Shown here piece after piece: positions 37,140 to 45,542 of a DNA stretch of 49,250 nt. The translations under genes and the position numbers were made by a program. Source of the stretch: a virus (lineage: Duplodnaviria; Caudoviricetes); IMG/VR virus record IMGVR_UViG_3300031892_000002, positions 1 through 49,250 of that record; one strand, 5' to 3'. The number at the start of each line of letters is the position of its first letter. Position 1 is the stretch's first letter. The notes beneath the pieces are model-generated. The model was not told the origin of the DNA. It did not search any database and was given only the letters and a program-made list of their open reading frames with translations.

Positions 37140-37288
37140 TGGTCCTCCTCAGGGGTGATCACTGCGTCGTGGATGAGATAGGCGATGCGCAGGTCGATCC
37201 CGGGCGGGATGAGGATGCTGCTCACGTACTCGGCGGCTTCCTCATACGCTGCGCACAGGGATGCCTCGATGCCTGCCGGCTCGCTCAC
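37136..37288 (-). CDS. small hypothetical protein
   Basis: GTGA coupling on both sides. Confidence 0.55.
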   Translation of the reverse strand: MSEPAGIEASLCAAYEEAAEYVSSILIPPGIDLRIAYLIHDAVITPEEDQ

Positions 37289-37452
37289 TTGCCGTCCCCG
37301 TCCTTTCGGTCGTTGGGTACTCCGATGAGGACGGCGATTCCGAGGGAGATCGCCATCATGGGGAACTGGCCGAGGCCGAGGGCGATACAGACGCCCGCGA
37401 CGATGGCTCCCACGGCTGCTCCGATGATGGCCTGTGTGAGGTGTCGGTTCAC
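37285..37452 (-). CDS. 55-aa 2-TM membrane peptide (not in ORF track)
   Basis: Hand translation MNRHLTQAIIGAAVGAIVAGVCIALGLGQFPMMAISLGIAVLIGVPNDRKDGDGK. Confidence 0.62.
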   Translation of the reverse strand: MNRHLTQAIIGAAVGAIVAGVCIALGLGQFPMMAISLGIAVLIGVPNDRKDGDGK

Positions 37453-37682
37453 GGCTTGCTCCGGTGGGTGTTGATGGCGTCGTTGCGGGCAGTTTCGCGG
37501 TCGCCGTGGGGGCGCTGGCTGGTGGATCCGTCGCCATTGATCCAGGAGTAGTTGCCCTGGGGAGTTTCGTAGGTCCAGCCGATGCGTTCGGTTCCGTCGA
37601 ACGTGGACTGGAACTCGACGGCGCCCTGGTGGGGGATCACCTGTTCGGCGGCGGCAATGCTGTTGATCTTCGGGATGGCCAT
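37449..37682 (-). CDS. hypothetical protein
   Basis: GGGAG RBS; TGATG coupling. Confidence 0.65.
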   Translation of the reverse strand: MAIPKINSIAAAEQVIPHQGAVEFQSTFDGTERIGWTYETPQGNYSWINGDGSTSQRPHGDRETARNDAINTHRSKP

Positions 37683-38002
37683 CAGATCTCTCCCTTGCGG
37701 ACGGCGGTGGCGACGTAGCCGGTGGTGACGGCCTGCCATTCGGTGGTGACGGTCCAGTTCCAGTTGTCGAGGACGCCGGTAGCGTTCTTCAGGATGAAGT
37801 CGCCGTCCGCCGCGTGCGGGACGCCGGTGGTAGCGGAGAACATCTGCTCGCCCGTGGACTCCCACAGCGGGGCGTTGTGGTCGGGGTCTCCGTTGTCGTC
37901 GAGCCGGTATCCGAAGATCTCGTCCTGCAAGACGACGACGACGGCGAACGGTCCGTCGAGGCAGCTGGGGTCGGTGGTGACCCACGCGGTGTAGTGGTTC
38001 AT
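37682..38002 (-). CDS. hypothetical protein
   Basis: AGGAG RBS; ORF tiling. Confidence 0.65.
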   Translation of the reverse strand: MNHYTAWVTTDPSCLDGPFAVVVVLQDEIFGYRLDDNGDPDHNAPLWESTGEQMFSATTGVPHAADGDFILKNATGVLDNWNWTVTTEWQAVTTGYVATAVRKGEI

Positions 38003-38010
38003 GGCTGCTC

Positions 38011-38154
38011 CTATCGCTGGTCGGGGAGTTCGGCCCATTCGGTGTGGCAGTTGCGGCAGCAGGGGTCGCCGTTATGGTCGGTTTGGGTGCGGTTGGGGTG
38101 CCGGCAGCCGATGTCTTGGGTGATGCGGTCGAGGATGGTGAGTTCTTTGGTCAT
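38011..38154 (-). CDS. small Cys/His peptide
   Basis: GGAGGAGG RBS; CxH...CCxxC. Confidence 0.55.
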   Translation of the reverse strand: MTKELTILDRITQDIGCRHPNRTQTDHNGDPCCRNCHTEWAELPDQR

Positions 38155-38167
38155 GGCCCCTCCTCCG

Positions 38168-38219
38168 GGTGGATGTCCACCTATAGGTAACCACATCCGT
38201 GGACCGGTGGATACCCACC
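38168..38219. promoter_or_regulatory. divergent control region with two palindromic operators
   Basis: GGTGGATGTCCACC at 38168-38181 and GGTGGATACCCACC at 38206-38219. Confidence 0.72.
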
Positions 38220-38235
38220 ATGCGAGAATCACCCC

Positions 38236-38418
38236 ATGCCGAACGCACCTCACCGCGACCCACAGATCACCACCCGAGCCCCCCGAGCCCTCGCCAACGC
38301 CGTATCCGCCCAAGCCAAACGAGACGGCACCAACCGAAACGCCATCACCGTCCGACTCTGGGAGTGGTACGCCGGCCTACCCGGCGCCACCCTCCCCGAA
38401 CGACCCGCAGCCCCCTGA
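38236..38418 (+). CDS. ribbon-helix-helix (Arc/CopG-like) regulator; only clear plus-strand gene
   Basis: QITTRAP strand, two helices, WY..LPGA.LPERP tail; flanked by operators and a hairpin. Confidence 0.7.
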   Translation: MPNAPHRDPQITTRAPRALANAVSAQAKRDGTNRNAITVRLWEWYAGLPGATLPERPAAP

Positions 38419-38420
38419 CC

Positions 38421-38442
38421 GCGGCCCCCAACCGGGGGCCGC
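38421..38442. terminator. bidirectional hairpin between convergent genes
   Basis: GCGGCCCCC-aacc-GGGGGCCGC perfect 9-bp stem. Confidence 0.75.
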
Positions 38443-38449
38443 ACCCGTT

Positions 38450-38671
38450 TCAGGCCTCAACGATCTCGTCTGGGCCGATCACCCCACGCGCAATCAACAG
38501 CGCGATCGCATGCTCGTTCGTCCGGGCGCCGATCTTCTGCCGTATGTGCAGCATGTGCGCGTGGATCGCGCCCCGCGTCAGGCCCTGTTCCTCGGCGATG
38601 CTTACCTGCGACCGGCCGTTCGCCACCAGAACCGCCACCGTCCGCTCCGAACGGGTGAGCCTGGCGGTCAC
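38450..38671 (-). CDS. stand-alone LuxR/GerE-type HTH protein
   Basis: LT.SE..V..LVANG.S...IA...GLT..AI..H...IR.KIGA. Confidence 0.82.
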   Translation of the reverse strand: MTARLTRSERTVAVLVANGRSQVSIAEEQGLTRGAIHAHMLHIRQKIGARTNEHAIALLIARGVIGPDEIVEA

Positions 38672-39099
38672 GGCGCCACCTCGCCGAGCAAGGCGCGGGC
38701 CAGGGCGATCAGCCGGCCGAACTCCGGATCGGCCTCGACCTCGTCCGGTCCGACATCGAACGCGTCGGCATACCGAGTGCCGGACTCGATCAGCTCGGCG
38801 AGCACGGTTCCCACCCCCGGGTGCATCAGGGCGATGTAGTTGGCGTCGCCCTCGCCGCGCTCCTGGACGGACCGTTCGACGTAGAACACCTCGGGCTTGT
38901 CCGTGTTGGTGTCGCCGACGACGCCGTACTTGCTGCTGCCGACGATCATCAGGAAGCAGGCCGGGTCGTTGCAGTCCGGCTTGCAGTCGTCGGAGTGCCA
39001 GCGGGTCCAGGTCCACGGACCGGGGGTTGCGGCGGTGGCGGCTTCCCGCAGTTTGGTGGCCGCGGCGCGGAGCAGATCGGCGTTGGTGGGCTGGGTCAT
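38668..39099 (-). CDS. Ead/Ea22-like phage protein
   Basis: LR..A..ATPGPW...DA.YIA.MHP motif. Confidence 0.7.
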   Translation of the reverse strand: MTQPTNADLLRAAATKLREAATAATPGPWTWTRWHSDDCKPDCNDPACFLMIVGSSKYGVVGDTNTDKPEVFYVERSVQERGEGDANYIALMHPGVGTVLAELIESGTRYADAFDVGPDEVEADPEFGRLIALARALLGEVAP

Positions 39100-39149
39100 G
39101 GTGCTCCTTGGGTGGGGCCCGCAGCGCGGGACTGCGGGCCGGGGGTGGG

Positions 39150-39401
39150 TCAAGTGGTGGCGGGCACCAGGCGGAAGGTGCCGTCCGCGTCCTCTTCGAT
39201 CTCGCCGCGGGCTTCGGCCCGGCTGACGCAGCGTCCGCAGAGCAGTCGGCCGTCGGACAGGTGCTGCCAGCCGTCACCGACCGCGCCGTCGATGGCGGCC
39301 TCCGAAGAGTCGAAGTGGACGATCATCTGGTCGTCGTTCTCGTAGTCGTTGCGGCACTCGTCGCAGGAGGCGGTGAAGCAGGTGTGCTGGCTGGTGGCCA
39401 T
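39150..39401 (-). CDS. putative Zn-finger protein
   Basis: CDEC...GW......LCGRC. Confidence 0.68.
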   Translation of the reverse strand: MATSQHTCFTASCDECRNDYENDDQMIVHFDSSEAAIDGAVGDGWQHLSDGRLLCGRCVSRAEARGEIEEDADGTFRLVPATT

Positions 39402-39464
39402 GTGGTGCTCCTCGGGTTGGGGCCGCCGTGGGTGGCGGCGGCCGGGACAGGCGTCAGCGGGGCG

Positions 39465-40193
39465 TCAGGCGGCGAGTGCGGGACTGGCGAGGTGCTGGAA
39501 CAGGCCGCGGCCGATCAGCTCGGTGTAGGCGGGCGGGATGGCCTCGGCGATCTCGCGGCGGACACCGGTCCAGTGGATGCCCATGGCCTGCTGCCACTGG
39601 GCGACGGTGCCCTTGCCGCCGCCGTTGCCGTACACCTGGAAGTACGGGCCCTCGAACCACTTGCCGTGGCGCATGCCGGCGACCCGGCCGCGGTGCTCGC
39701 GGTGTGCGGGCTGGTCCATGGTCCAGCCGCCGAGTTCGAAGTTGCGGTGTCGGATCACGGCGAGGTCGAACATCTCGCCGCACAGCTGGACGTCGACCCG
39801 CATGCGCCTGGACGCCCGGCCGACGGGCTGCTCGATGACGTACGGCCGTCGGACGGCCTCCAGTGCGGCGCGGGTCGGGTCGAGGAGGTCCGCGTACTGG
39901 TCGCGCTTCGCGGAGTTGGTGCCCGCGGTCAGGGTGCAGTCGAACTGGCACGGCGGGGAGACGTGGATGCCGTGGAACGCGGTGCCGTACTCGCGGATGA
40001 ACTGGATGGCGTCGGCCCGGACGAACCGGATCTCCTCGCTGTTCGTCTGGCGGCCTGGGTGGTTGGGCTGGTCTTCGATGTCGACGGCGACGACGCGGTA
40101 CCCGGCGAGGTAGTAGCCCATGGTGGCGCCGCCGGCGCAGGAGAACGCGTCGAGGAGGTAGCGGCCGTTCCAGGGGCGTTCGGGGAGCTGCAT
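39465..40193 (-). CDS. orphan DNA (cytosine-5) methyltransferase-like protein
   Basis: Motif I LLDAFSCAGG, motif IV SPPCQ, motif VI VIEQP, RHR.FE and EAIPPAY. Confidence 0.82.
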   Translation of the reverse strand: MQLPERPWNGRYLLDAFSCAGGATMGYYLAGYRVVAVDIEDQPNHPGRQTNSEEIRFVRADAIQFIREYGTAFHGIHVSPPCQFDCTLTAGTNSAKRDQYADLLDPTRAALEAVRRPYVIEQPVGRASRRMRVDVQLCGEMFDLAVIRHRNFELGGWTMDQPAHREHRGRVAGMRHGKWFEGPYFQVYGNGGGKGTVAQWQQAMGIHWTGVRREIAEAIPPAYTELIGRGLFQHLASPALAA

Positions 40194-40205
40194 GGTGGTC
40201 TCCGG

Positions 40206-40655
40206 TCAGGTGGTCGCGGACGGGGCGGCGGCGGGGCAGGTCGGGTAGTGGCCCGGGTGGTACCGGGTCTTGCCGCCGCAGTCGGTGCAGCCGCCCTCCA
40301 GAGCGGCGCGCAGGTAGCGAGGCGGCAGCCAGGAGGCGTTGATGTCCTCGGCCGGATCGGCGGGCAGCAGCGCCAGGGCCGCGGCGAGTTCGGCGCGGGT
40401 GCGGTCCAGCTCGGCCTCCGCCTGGACACGCCGGGCCTTCTCGGCTCGCTCGCGGTCCATAGCGCGCTTCCATGCGTCGCGGAACCGGGTTGCCCGGGCG
40501 CCGTGCCGGTCCAGCTCGGCGCGGAGGACCTGCGCGGTCTCCAGCAGGCGGGGCGCGTGCAGGTCGTGGTTCGCCTTGAAGAACTTCGGCTGGTGGTCGT
40601 GCTCGTCCTGGATGAGGTCGAGCGTCCGCAGGTGCTGGCGGAGGTCGGCGGCCAT
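40206..40655 (-). CDS. coiled-coil protein with C-terminal Cys/His motif
   Basis: TGATG coupling; CTDCGG...H...C. Confidence 0.6.
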   Translation of the reverse strand: MAADLRQHLRTLDLIQDEHDHQPKFFKANHDLHAPRLLETAQVLRAELDRHGARATRFRDAWKRAMDRERAEKARRVQAEAELDRTRAELAAALALLPADPAEDINASWLPPRYLRAALEGGCTDCGGKTRYHPGHYPTCPAAAPSATT

Positions 40656-40813
40656 CACGCCCCCTGCACGGCGGCCGGGATGCCCTGGGGGCAGAGGGCG
40701 CGGTGTTCGGCGACCTGTCGGCCGAACGCAATCGGGTCGGTGCTGGTGGCGGTGACGACCGTGCCGCAGCGGTAGCAGTGGAACTCGGCGGCGTCGAACC
40801 CGGACTCGGCCAT
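40655..40813 (-). CDS. 52-aa Zn-finger-like peptide (not in ORF track)
   Basis: Hand translation MAESGFDAAEFHCYRCGTVV...EHRALCP; GGAG RBS. Confidence 0.6.
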   Translation of the reverse strand: MAESGFDAAEFHCYRCGTVVTATSTDPIAFGRQVAEHRALCPQGIPAAVQGA

Positions 40814-40816
40814 GGG

Positions 40817-41224
40817 TCAGCTCTCCTGGGTGGCGCGGGCGGTGAGGAGCCATCCGGCGGCCCGGTCGATCGCGTCGGTTTCCAGTTCCATCTCGTGCTC
40901 GTCGGCGAAGTCGGAGTGGTCGCGCTCGTGGGCGGACTCCTCGGCGCGTCGGGCGACGATCAGTTCGGCGGCTTCGGTGAGGACCTGGTCGCGGGGCTGG
41001 TACTCCGCAGCGGCCCGGCCGAGCTGGTCCCAGACCAGGCCGTAGACCTTGCCGCGGGTGTACGAGTCGAGGCGGCCGGCGTCCTGGTCGTCGCCGAGTG
41101 CCTCGCCGATGGCGTCGCCGAGGAAGTTGCGGCCCTCGGTGAGGAGGTAGGTGATCAGGCCGCGGGCGACGCGGTCCGCGACGGCGGGGATCTCCTGGTT
41201 GATGATGGGCTCGACGGCAGTCAT
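40817..41224 (-). CDS. hypothetical protein
   Basis: AGGAG RBS. Confidence 0.7.
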   Translation of the reverse strand: MTAVEPIINQEIPAVADRVARGLITYLLTEGRNFLGDAIGEALGDDQDAGRLDSYTRGKVYGLVWDQLGRAAAEYQPRDQVLTEAAELIVARRAEESAHERDHSDFADEHEMELETDAIDRAAGWLLTARATQES

Positions 41225-41322
41225 GGCGGGGCTCCTGGTGGGTCTGGGGCGGGTTGTTGCGGGCGCGGTGTGGCTGGTGACCGGTCAGCGGGTGGCGGCC
41301 CGCTGTGGGGCCGCTAGACGGG

Positions 41323-41574
41323 TCAGTCGAGGTTGCTGAGTGCGTCGTCGTAGCCGTCCCAGTTGTCGACTCCGGCGGCGTAGAGGGCGGCGAGGGTGGC
41401 GGCGCAGTGGATGGCGAGGTCGTAGCGGGTGCGGTTGTGGCGGAACAGATCGAGGGCGTCACCGCGGTCAGCGGGGCGGAGGTCGCAGGTGGTGACGTCC
41501 CATCCGCGCTCGTCGAGGGCGCGGTGGAGGTGTCGGCCAATGAACCCCGCCGAGCCGCTCAGGAAGACCTTCAT
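41323..41574 (-). pseudogene. truncated NAD-dependent epimerase N-terminus fused to an unrelated C-terminus
   Basis: MKVFLSGSAGFIG...DLAIHCAA, then LAALYAAGVDNWDGY; only 83 aa. Confidence 0.7.
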
Positions 41575-41584
41575 GTCATTCCCC

Positions 41585-41974
41585 TCAGAGCCACGTCACG
41601 GCGGCGGCGTTGATGGCGAGGTGGATGGTGTTGTCTGCGATGATCATCAGCCAGACCGCCATCCACGGTGGCGTCTCCGGCGGGTAACCAGTCGCGGAGC
41701 AGTCCGCCCATGGCCGTCGCACTGAGGCTGGGCCGACGAGGTTCTTGGCCCAGCAGATATGCCGGGCGAGCCGGTAACGGTCGATCACGGCATGGGTGAT
41801 GACGATGACCGCGAGCGCCGGGATTGATCGCGTGACGGCGACATAGGGCAGCCCGTAAGTCAGTGCGTGGGCCCACGCGGGCCACCAGCGCTTTGTCTTC
41901 TCGGTTGCCATCCAGTGGGACTGGAACAGGTAGTCGCCACAGAGGTGGGCGAGGAGGATGCCGAACGCTGTCAT
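41585..41974 (-). CDS. DUF3307 family membrane protein
   Basis: AHL.GDY.FQ..WMA..K, H...Y, H..ID and DNT.H motifs. Confidence 0.85.
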   Translation of the reverse strand: MTAFGILLAHLCGDYLFQSHWMATEKTKRWWPAWAHALTYGLPYVAVTRSIPALAVIVITHAVIDRYRLARHICWAKNLVGPASVRRPWADCSATGYPPETPPWMAVWLMIIADNTIHLAINAAAVTWL

Positions 41975-42195
41975 CGCTTCTCCCCCAGCTGGCCGAGGTT
42001 CGCGCGGGTGACGGTCCACTCGGTGGCGTTCGGGTCGCCGGCGCAGACGATGCACGCGGGCCGGTTGGTGACTGCGATGTCGATCTGGTCGGCAATGTGA
42101 ACGGCACCGTGGATCTGCGCGGAATCGAGGGCCTTGCAGTCAGGGTCGAGGTGGTAGCTGGTGAAGCCGTCGACCACGTACGCGGTGTCGGCCAT
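41971..42195 (-). CDS. small putative Zn-binding protein
   Basis: YH....C...R.AC..C. Confidence 0.65.
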   Translation of the reverse strand: MADTAYVVDGFTSYHLDPDCKALDSAQIHGAVHIADQIDIAVTNRPACIVCAGDPNATEWTVTRANLGQLGEKR

Positions 42196-42323
42196 CAGGA
42201 CACCTCGATGGCGCGCCAGCTGGCGATGCGGGCGATGTGGTGGGCGTCGGTGCCGTCGCTCATGTCGACGGGGATACGTGGGAAGTCGTGGAACTTCGCG
42301 ACGGGCAGCGGGGGCTTGCTCAC
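42195..42323 (-). CDS. 42-aa hypothetical protein
   Basis: GAGG RBS; coupled overlaps. Confidence 0.5.
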   Translation of the reverse strand: MSKPPLPVAKFHDFPRIPVDMSDGTDAHHIARIASWRAIEVS

Positions 42324-42565
42324 GCGGTCACCTCGCCGGCCTGCTTCTCGACGGGGTCGATGTGCTCCAGGCTGATGCCGCCCGCGTAGCCCTCGACCAT
42401 GACCACGGGCTCGCCGTGGCCGAGGTTCCAGGCGTGGCTGCGGGTCGTGGTGTGCAGGGTGGGGACGTCGTCGCCGCCGATCTCGGGGCGGAACCCGGGG
42501 TAGGCGGTCACGGGGGCGCCGATCGGGTGGCGGGCGTTGAACTCGGTGGCGGTCAGGCGGGTCAT
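42320..42565 (-). CDS. hypothetical phage protein
   Basis: FNA.HP.G.PV.AYPG.R...TRS.AW.LG...VV.V.G..G.I.L.H pattern. Confidence 0.7.
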   Translation of the reverse strand: MTRLTATEFNARHPIGAPVTAYPGFRPEIGGDDVPTLHTTTRSHAWNLGHGEPVVMVEGYAGGISLEHIDPVEKQAGEVTA

Positions 42566-42780
42566 CGGGTGCTCCGGGTCTGCTCGTAGGCGGCGATGAT
42601 CGCGGGGAGGGCGATCGCGAACGCGTCGGTGTCCCACGCGCCGAAGAAGTAGCTGCCGGTAGAGGCACAGGAGGCGGGCCACTGGCGGCAGTTGCACAGG
42701 TCCTCGTGGTAGTGGTTGTTGAGGGCCCGGTTGCCGGCGTCGGCAAGCTGGTCCAGCAGGTCCGCGGGCAGGTTGTTCAC
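42562..42780 (-). CDS. hypothetical protein
   Basis: Coupled overlaps; H...C.C..WP..C. Confidence 0.65.
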   Translation of the reverse strand: MNNLPADLLDQLADAGNRALNNHYHEDLCNCRQWPASCASTGSYFFGAWDTDAFAIALPAIIAAYEQTRSTR

Positions 42781-43106
42781 GACTGGGCCACCCGCTGCTC
42801 CTTCTCCATGACCTCGGTGGCGATTTCCTGCTTCGTCCACTCGGCCGGCTGGTTGTAGAGGACGTAACCGTTGCGGCGGGGCTCGCCGGCCCGGGTGGTG
42901 GCGGACTCGTGGAGCTGGGTGAGTTCGATGCGACGCCGCCGCACGCCGGTCCCGTCGGGACGGACCGTCTCGACCTGGACCTTTCCGTAGCCGTACACGC
43001 CGTGGAATCGGCTGGGCTCCGAGACGACGCGGATCCTGACGGGCCCGTCGACGGGGTGGTGGCGGTTGCTGACGGACTGGTAGATCTGGCCGGCGTGGAT
43101 GCTCAT
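42777..43106 (-). CDS. hypothetical protein (SH3-like)
   Basis: I.AGQ.Y N-terminus; ATGA coupling. Confidence 0.65.
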   Translation of the reverse strand: MSIHAGQIYQSVSNRHHPVDGPVRIRVVSEPSRFHGVYGYGKVQVETVRPDGTGVRRRRIELTQLHESATTRAGEPRRNGYVLYNQPAEWTKQEIATEVMEKEQRVAQS

Positions 43107-43408
43107 CGCGGGTCCTTGGGGTGGTCGTAGTCGTGGAGGGCGTGGTGTGCGGCGTGGGCTACTGCGAGGCAGCGGCGCTGCTGCCGGGGGCCGAGGTGCA
43201 CGGACAGCAGCGGGCCGAGCTGCTCGGCGAGGATGGCGATCCGGCCCGACGGCATGAACGCGGTGCACATCAGGTCCGGGTAGGCCGCGCAGTCCTCACA
43301 GGTGCAGCCGGTCTCGGAGTGCTCCGCGAGCGTCCCGCCGCAGTCGTCGCACCAGCAGCGTGGGCACCGGTCCGGCTGATCGGCCGCGTCGGGCTGTGTG
43401 GTGGTCAT
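43103..43408 (-). CDS. Cys-rich hypothetical protein
   Basis: CxxCxCxxC...H...CxCxxC...C..F. Confidence 0.65.
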   Translation of the reverse strand: MTTTQPDAADQPDRCPRCWCDDCGGTLAEHSETGCTCEDCAAYPDLMCTAFMPSGRIAILAEQLGPLLSVHLGPRQQRRCLAVAHAAHHALHDYDHPKDPR

Positions 43409-43479
43409 GTCGGCCTTTCAGGCGGTCGTGGTGGGGGTGGCCGGGCGGTGGACGCCCGGCCGGCGGGGTCAGGCGGGCG

Positions 43480-43710
43480 CTACTCGACTTCGTCGCGGAC
43501 CCACTCGGCGATCTGCTCGCCGGTCGGCTCCAGCCAGTACGTGATGCCGTGCGGGCAGGTGAGGCCGGGCTTTGTGTAGGGGCCGATGACGAGCGGCGGG
43601 ACGGTGCGGATGGTGATCTCGGTCTGGTGGTCGCCGCAGACCTTGGCCCAGTTCTCGCGGAGGGTGGTCTCGCACTCGTGGGTGAAGGTGGCGGCCGGGA
43701 GCGTGGTCAT
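43480..43710 (-). CDS. hypothetical protein
   Basis: ORF bounded by hairpins; CPHG motif. Confidence 0.65.
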   Translation of the reverse strand: MTTLPAATFTHECETTLRENWAKVCGDHQTEITIRTVPPLVIGPYTKPGLTCPHGITYWLEPTGEQIAEWVRDEVE

Positions 43711-43828
43711 GTCGGTCCGTCCGTTCGTGGGTAGCGGGTGCGTGGGTGGTGTGGCCCGCTGGCCGGTCGCGGTCACAACCAGCGGGCCAGGCAAGGGGGT
43801 TAGCAGGTGCGGGCGGTCCGGCGGGCCA

Positions 43829-44050
43829 TCAGACGGCCTCGATCTCGCCGGGGGCCATGGAAACGCCGAGCCTGTGCACGTCGCCGTCGAGGAGGACGCC
43901 GTAGCTCATGACCTTCTGCGTGAACTGGTCGCGGAAGACCGCATCGACGGTGCCGATGGCGCCGGTGGGAATGTCGGGCTGCTCGGGGTCCCAGTCGGCG
44001 GACTCAAGGTTGATCAGGGTGCTGACGCGCTGTCCGACGGTGAAGGTCAT
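43829..44050 (-). CDS. small SH3-like hypothetical protein
   Basis: GGAG RBS; F.VGQRV...G..GTV...YGV.LD. Confidence 0.68.
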   Translation of the reverse strand: MTFTVGQRVSTLINLESADWDPEQPDIPTGAIGTVDAVFRDQFTQKVMSYGVLLDGDVHRLGVSMAPGEIEAV

Positions 44051-44121
44051 TGGGTTCTCCGTTCGGGTGGTGCGGTCTGCCGCCCGGAGCGGGCGCAGGC
44101 GGCAGACCAGCTGGTGGCGGG

Positions 44122-44349
44122 TCAGTCGATGCGGGTGACTTCCGGAACCCCGTCGTGCAGGACGGGCTCCCACTCGTCGCCGATCTCCAGGCCGTTGTTA
44201 CGGGTGCCGGCGCACTGGTGGCAGAGGGAGGTTCCTTCGTGCTGCTCGATGGCGAGTTCGGCGATCTGCTCGGGGGTGGCGTCCTCGGGGGCATCGACAT
44301 CGACGGCGATGTTGGCCCAGGTCATGAGCGGAACGGTGTAGCGCGGCAT
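44122..44349 (-). CDS. hypothetical protein
   Basis: GGAG RBS; LCHQCA motif. Confidence 0.68.
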   Translation of the reverse strand: MPRYTVPLMTWANIAVDVDAPEDATPEQIAELAIEQHEGTSLCHQCAGTRNNGLEIGDEWEPVLHDGVPEVTRID

Positions 44350-44417
44350 GGTGTTCTCCGTTCGGTGGTTCCGGTCGGCCGCCGGAAGGGGCACAGCGAC
44401 CGACCGAGTGGTGGGGG

Positions 44418-44675
44418 TCAGGCGGACGGCAGGACCGGGACCTCGACGACCGATCGGAGGGTCTTGTTCCACCGGTTGGTACGCGGGCTGCGCACCATCA
44501 GCTGCCAGACGCGTCCGTTGCTGGTCTGCCAGGTCGTGGCCAGGTCCCAGCAGTGCTCACGAGGTTCGCGCTGGTAGCGCGTCTCTGCGGCAAGCGCTTC
44601 GGCATGCGCGGTTTCGAGGTTGTCAGTAGTCGCGATCGGCCGTTCGCCGATGGTGAGAACGAAGGTGGTGGTCAT
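44418..44675 (-). CDS. hypothetical protein
   Basis: AGGAG RBS. Confidence 0.68.
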   Translation of the reverse strand: MTTTFVLTIGERPIATTDNLETAHAEALAAETRYQREPREHCWDLATTWQTSNGRVWQLMVRSPRTNRWNKTLRSVVEVPVLPSA

Positions 44676-44684
44676 GGTGGTCTC

Positions 44685-44909
44685 CTAGGCGGCGAGGCGG
44701 AGGCTGATCGGGTCGATGAAGTGCGGGGCGGTACGGCCGTCGAGGAGGACCAGAACCCCGTAGCGGCCAGCGCCGAAGTAGCGGTTGCCGTGGACGGTCC
44801 CCGAGAGGCCGTTGAACTTGTGGGTGACTCGGTCGCCGGGCTGGAACGTTCGGCCGACGTTGCTGGTCAGCTCGCCCTCGGTCATGTCGGGCCCCGTGTA
44901 GTCGGTCAT
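44685..44909 (-). CDS. small SH3-like hypothetical protein
   Basis: FQPGDRV.H.....GTV...YGV.V.LD. Confidence 0.65.
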   Translation of the reverse strand: MTDYTGPDMTEGELTSNVGRTFQPGDRVTHKFNGLSGTVHGNRYFGAGRYGVLVLLDGRTAPHFIDPISLRLAA

Positions 44910-44914
44910 GGTGG

Positions 44915-45040
44915 TTAGCCGATCTGGTAGGCGTCCCGGTTGTAGGTGTCGTTGTCGCGGGTGAGGATGACTGACAGGCAGTCGTCGGTGTGGCCGCAGG
45001 CGTTGCAGCACGTGCCGCAGTCGCAGTCACCGGAGTTCAT
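44915..45040 (-). CDS. 41-aa Cys-rich peptide (not in ORF track)
   Basis: Hand translation MNSGDCDCGTCCNACGHTDDCLSV...; GGAG RBS, ATGA coupling. Confidence 0.55.
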   Translation of the reverse strand: MNSGDCDCGTCCNACGHTDDCLSVILTRDNDTYNRDAYQIG

Positions 45041-45348
45041 CGGGGCTCCCGGTGGGTCTCGCGCCAGTGCTTGTTAGCGGCTTCGCAGGCTGCGCCGAGG
45101 TTCCTCGGTGATTCCATGGTCCAGTTGAACCCGTCGCACTGGTCGCAGCAGATGTACGGGGTGCCGTCGTTGTTGGCGCCGATGGCGAACAGGTGGAGTC
45201 GCGGTGCGTATGCCTCGGAGCGGATGATGACGGCGATCTGCTGGCCGTTCTTCGCCACGTACAGGGGTCCGGGGATATTGCGTTCGGCGAGTCCGGTGAT
45301 CATGTGGCGCATGGTGGCGGACATGTCGCCGAAGTCGAGGGTGCTCAC
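45037..45348 (-). CDS. hypothetical protein with C2H-type motif
   Basis: CDQC...A..H; GAGGAG RBS. Confidence 0.65.
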   Translation of the reverse strand: MSTLDFGDMSATMRHMITGLAERNIPGPLYVAKNGQQIAVIIRSEAYAPRLHLFAIGANNDGTPYICCDQCDGFNWTMESPRNLGAACEAANKHWRETHREPR

Positions 45349-45542
45349 GGGATCTCCTCGATGTCCAGGATGTCCAGTTCGAAGCTGATCACGAGGTCGC
45401 TTCCCTCCTGCTGCATGGTGATGTGGCTTTCATCAACGCCGAAGGGCTTGGCTGCTGCTGCGGCGAGTTTTCCCATGGCGGGAAGTTCGGCGATCTGCAC
45501 GGGAAGTTTCGTGCAGATCTTGATGGTGACGGTTCGGGTCAC
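45345..45542 (-). CDS. hypothetical protein
   Basis: GTGA coupling on both sides. Confidence 0.6.
   Translation of the reverse strand: MTRTVTIKICTKLPVQIAELPAMGKLAAAAAKPFGVDESHITMQQEGSDLVISFELDILDIEEIP

Noticed and set aside
38199-40775. 858-aa plus-strand ORF and other long plus-strand or alternative-frame ORFs
   Set aside because: Arg/Pro/Gly-rich shadow frames of high-GC minus-strand genes that have clear motifs and RBSs.
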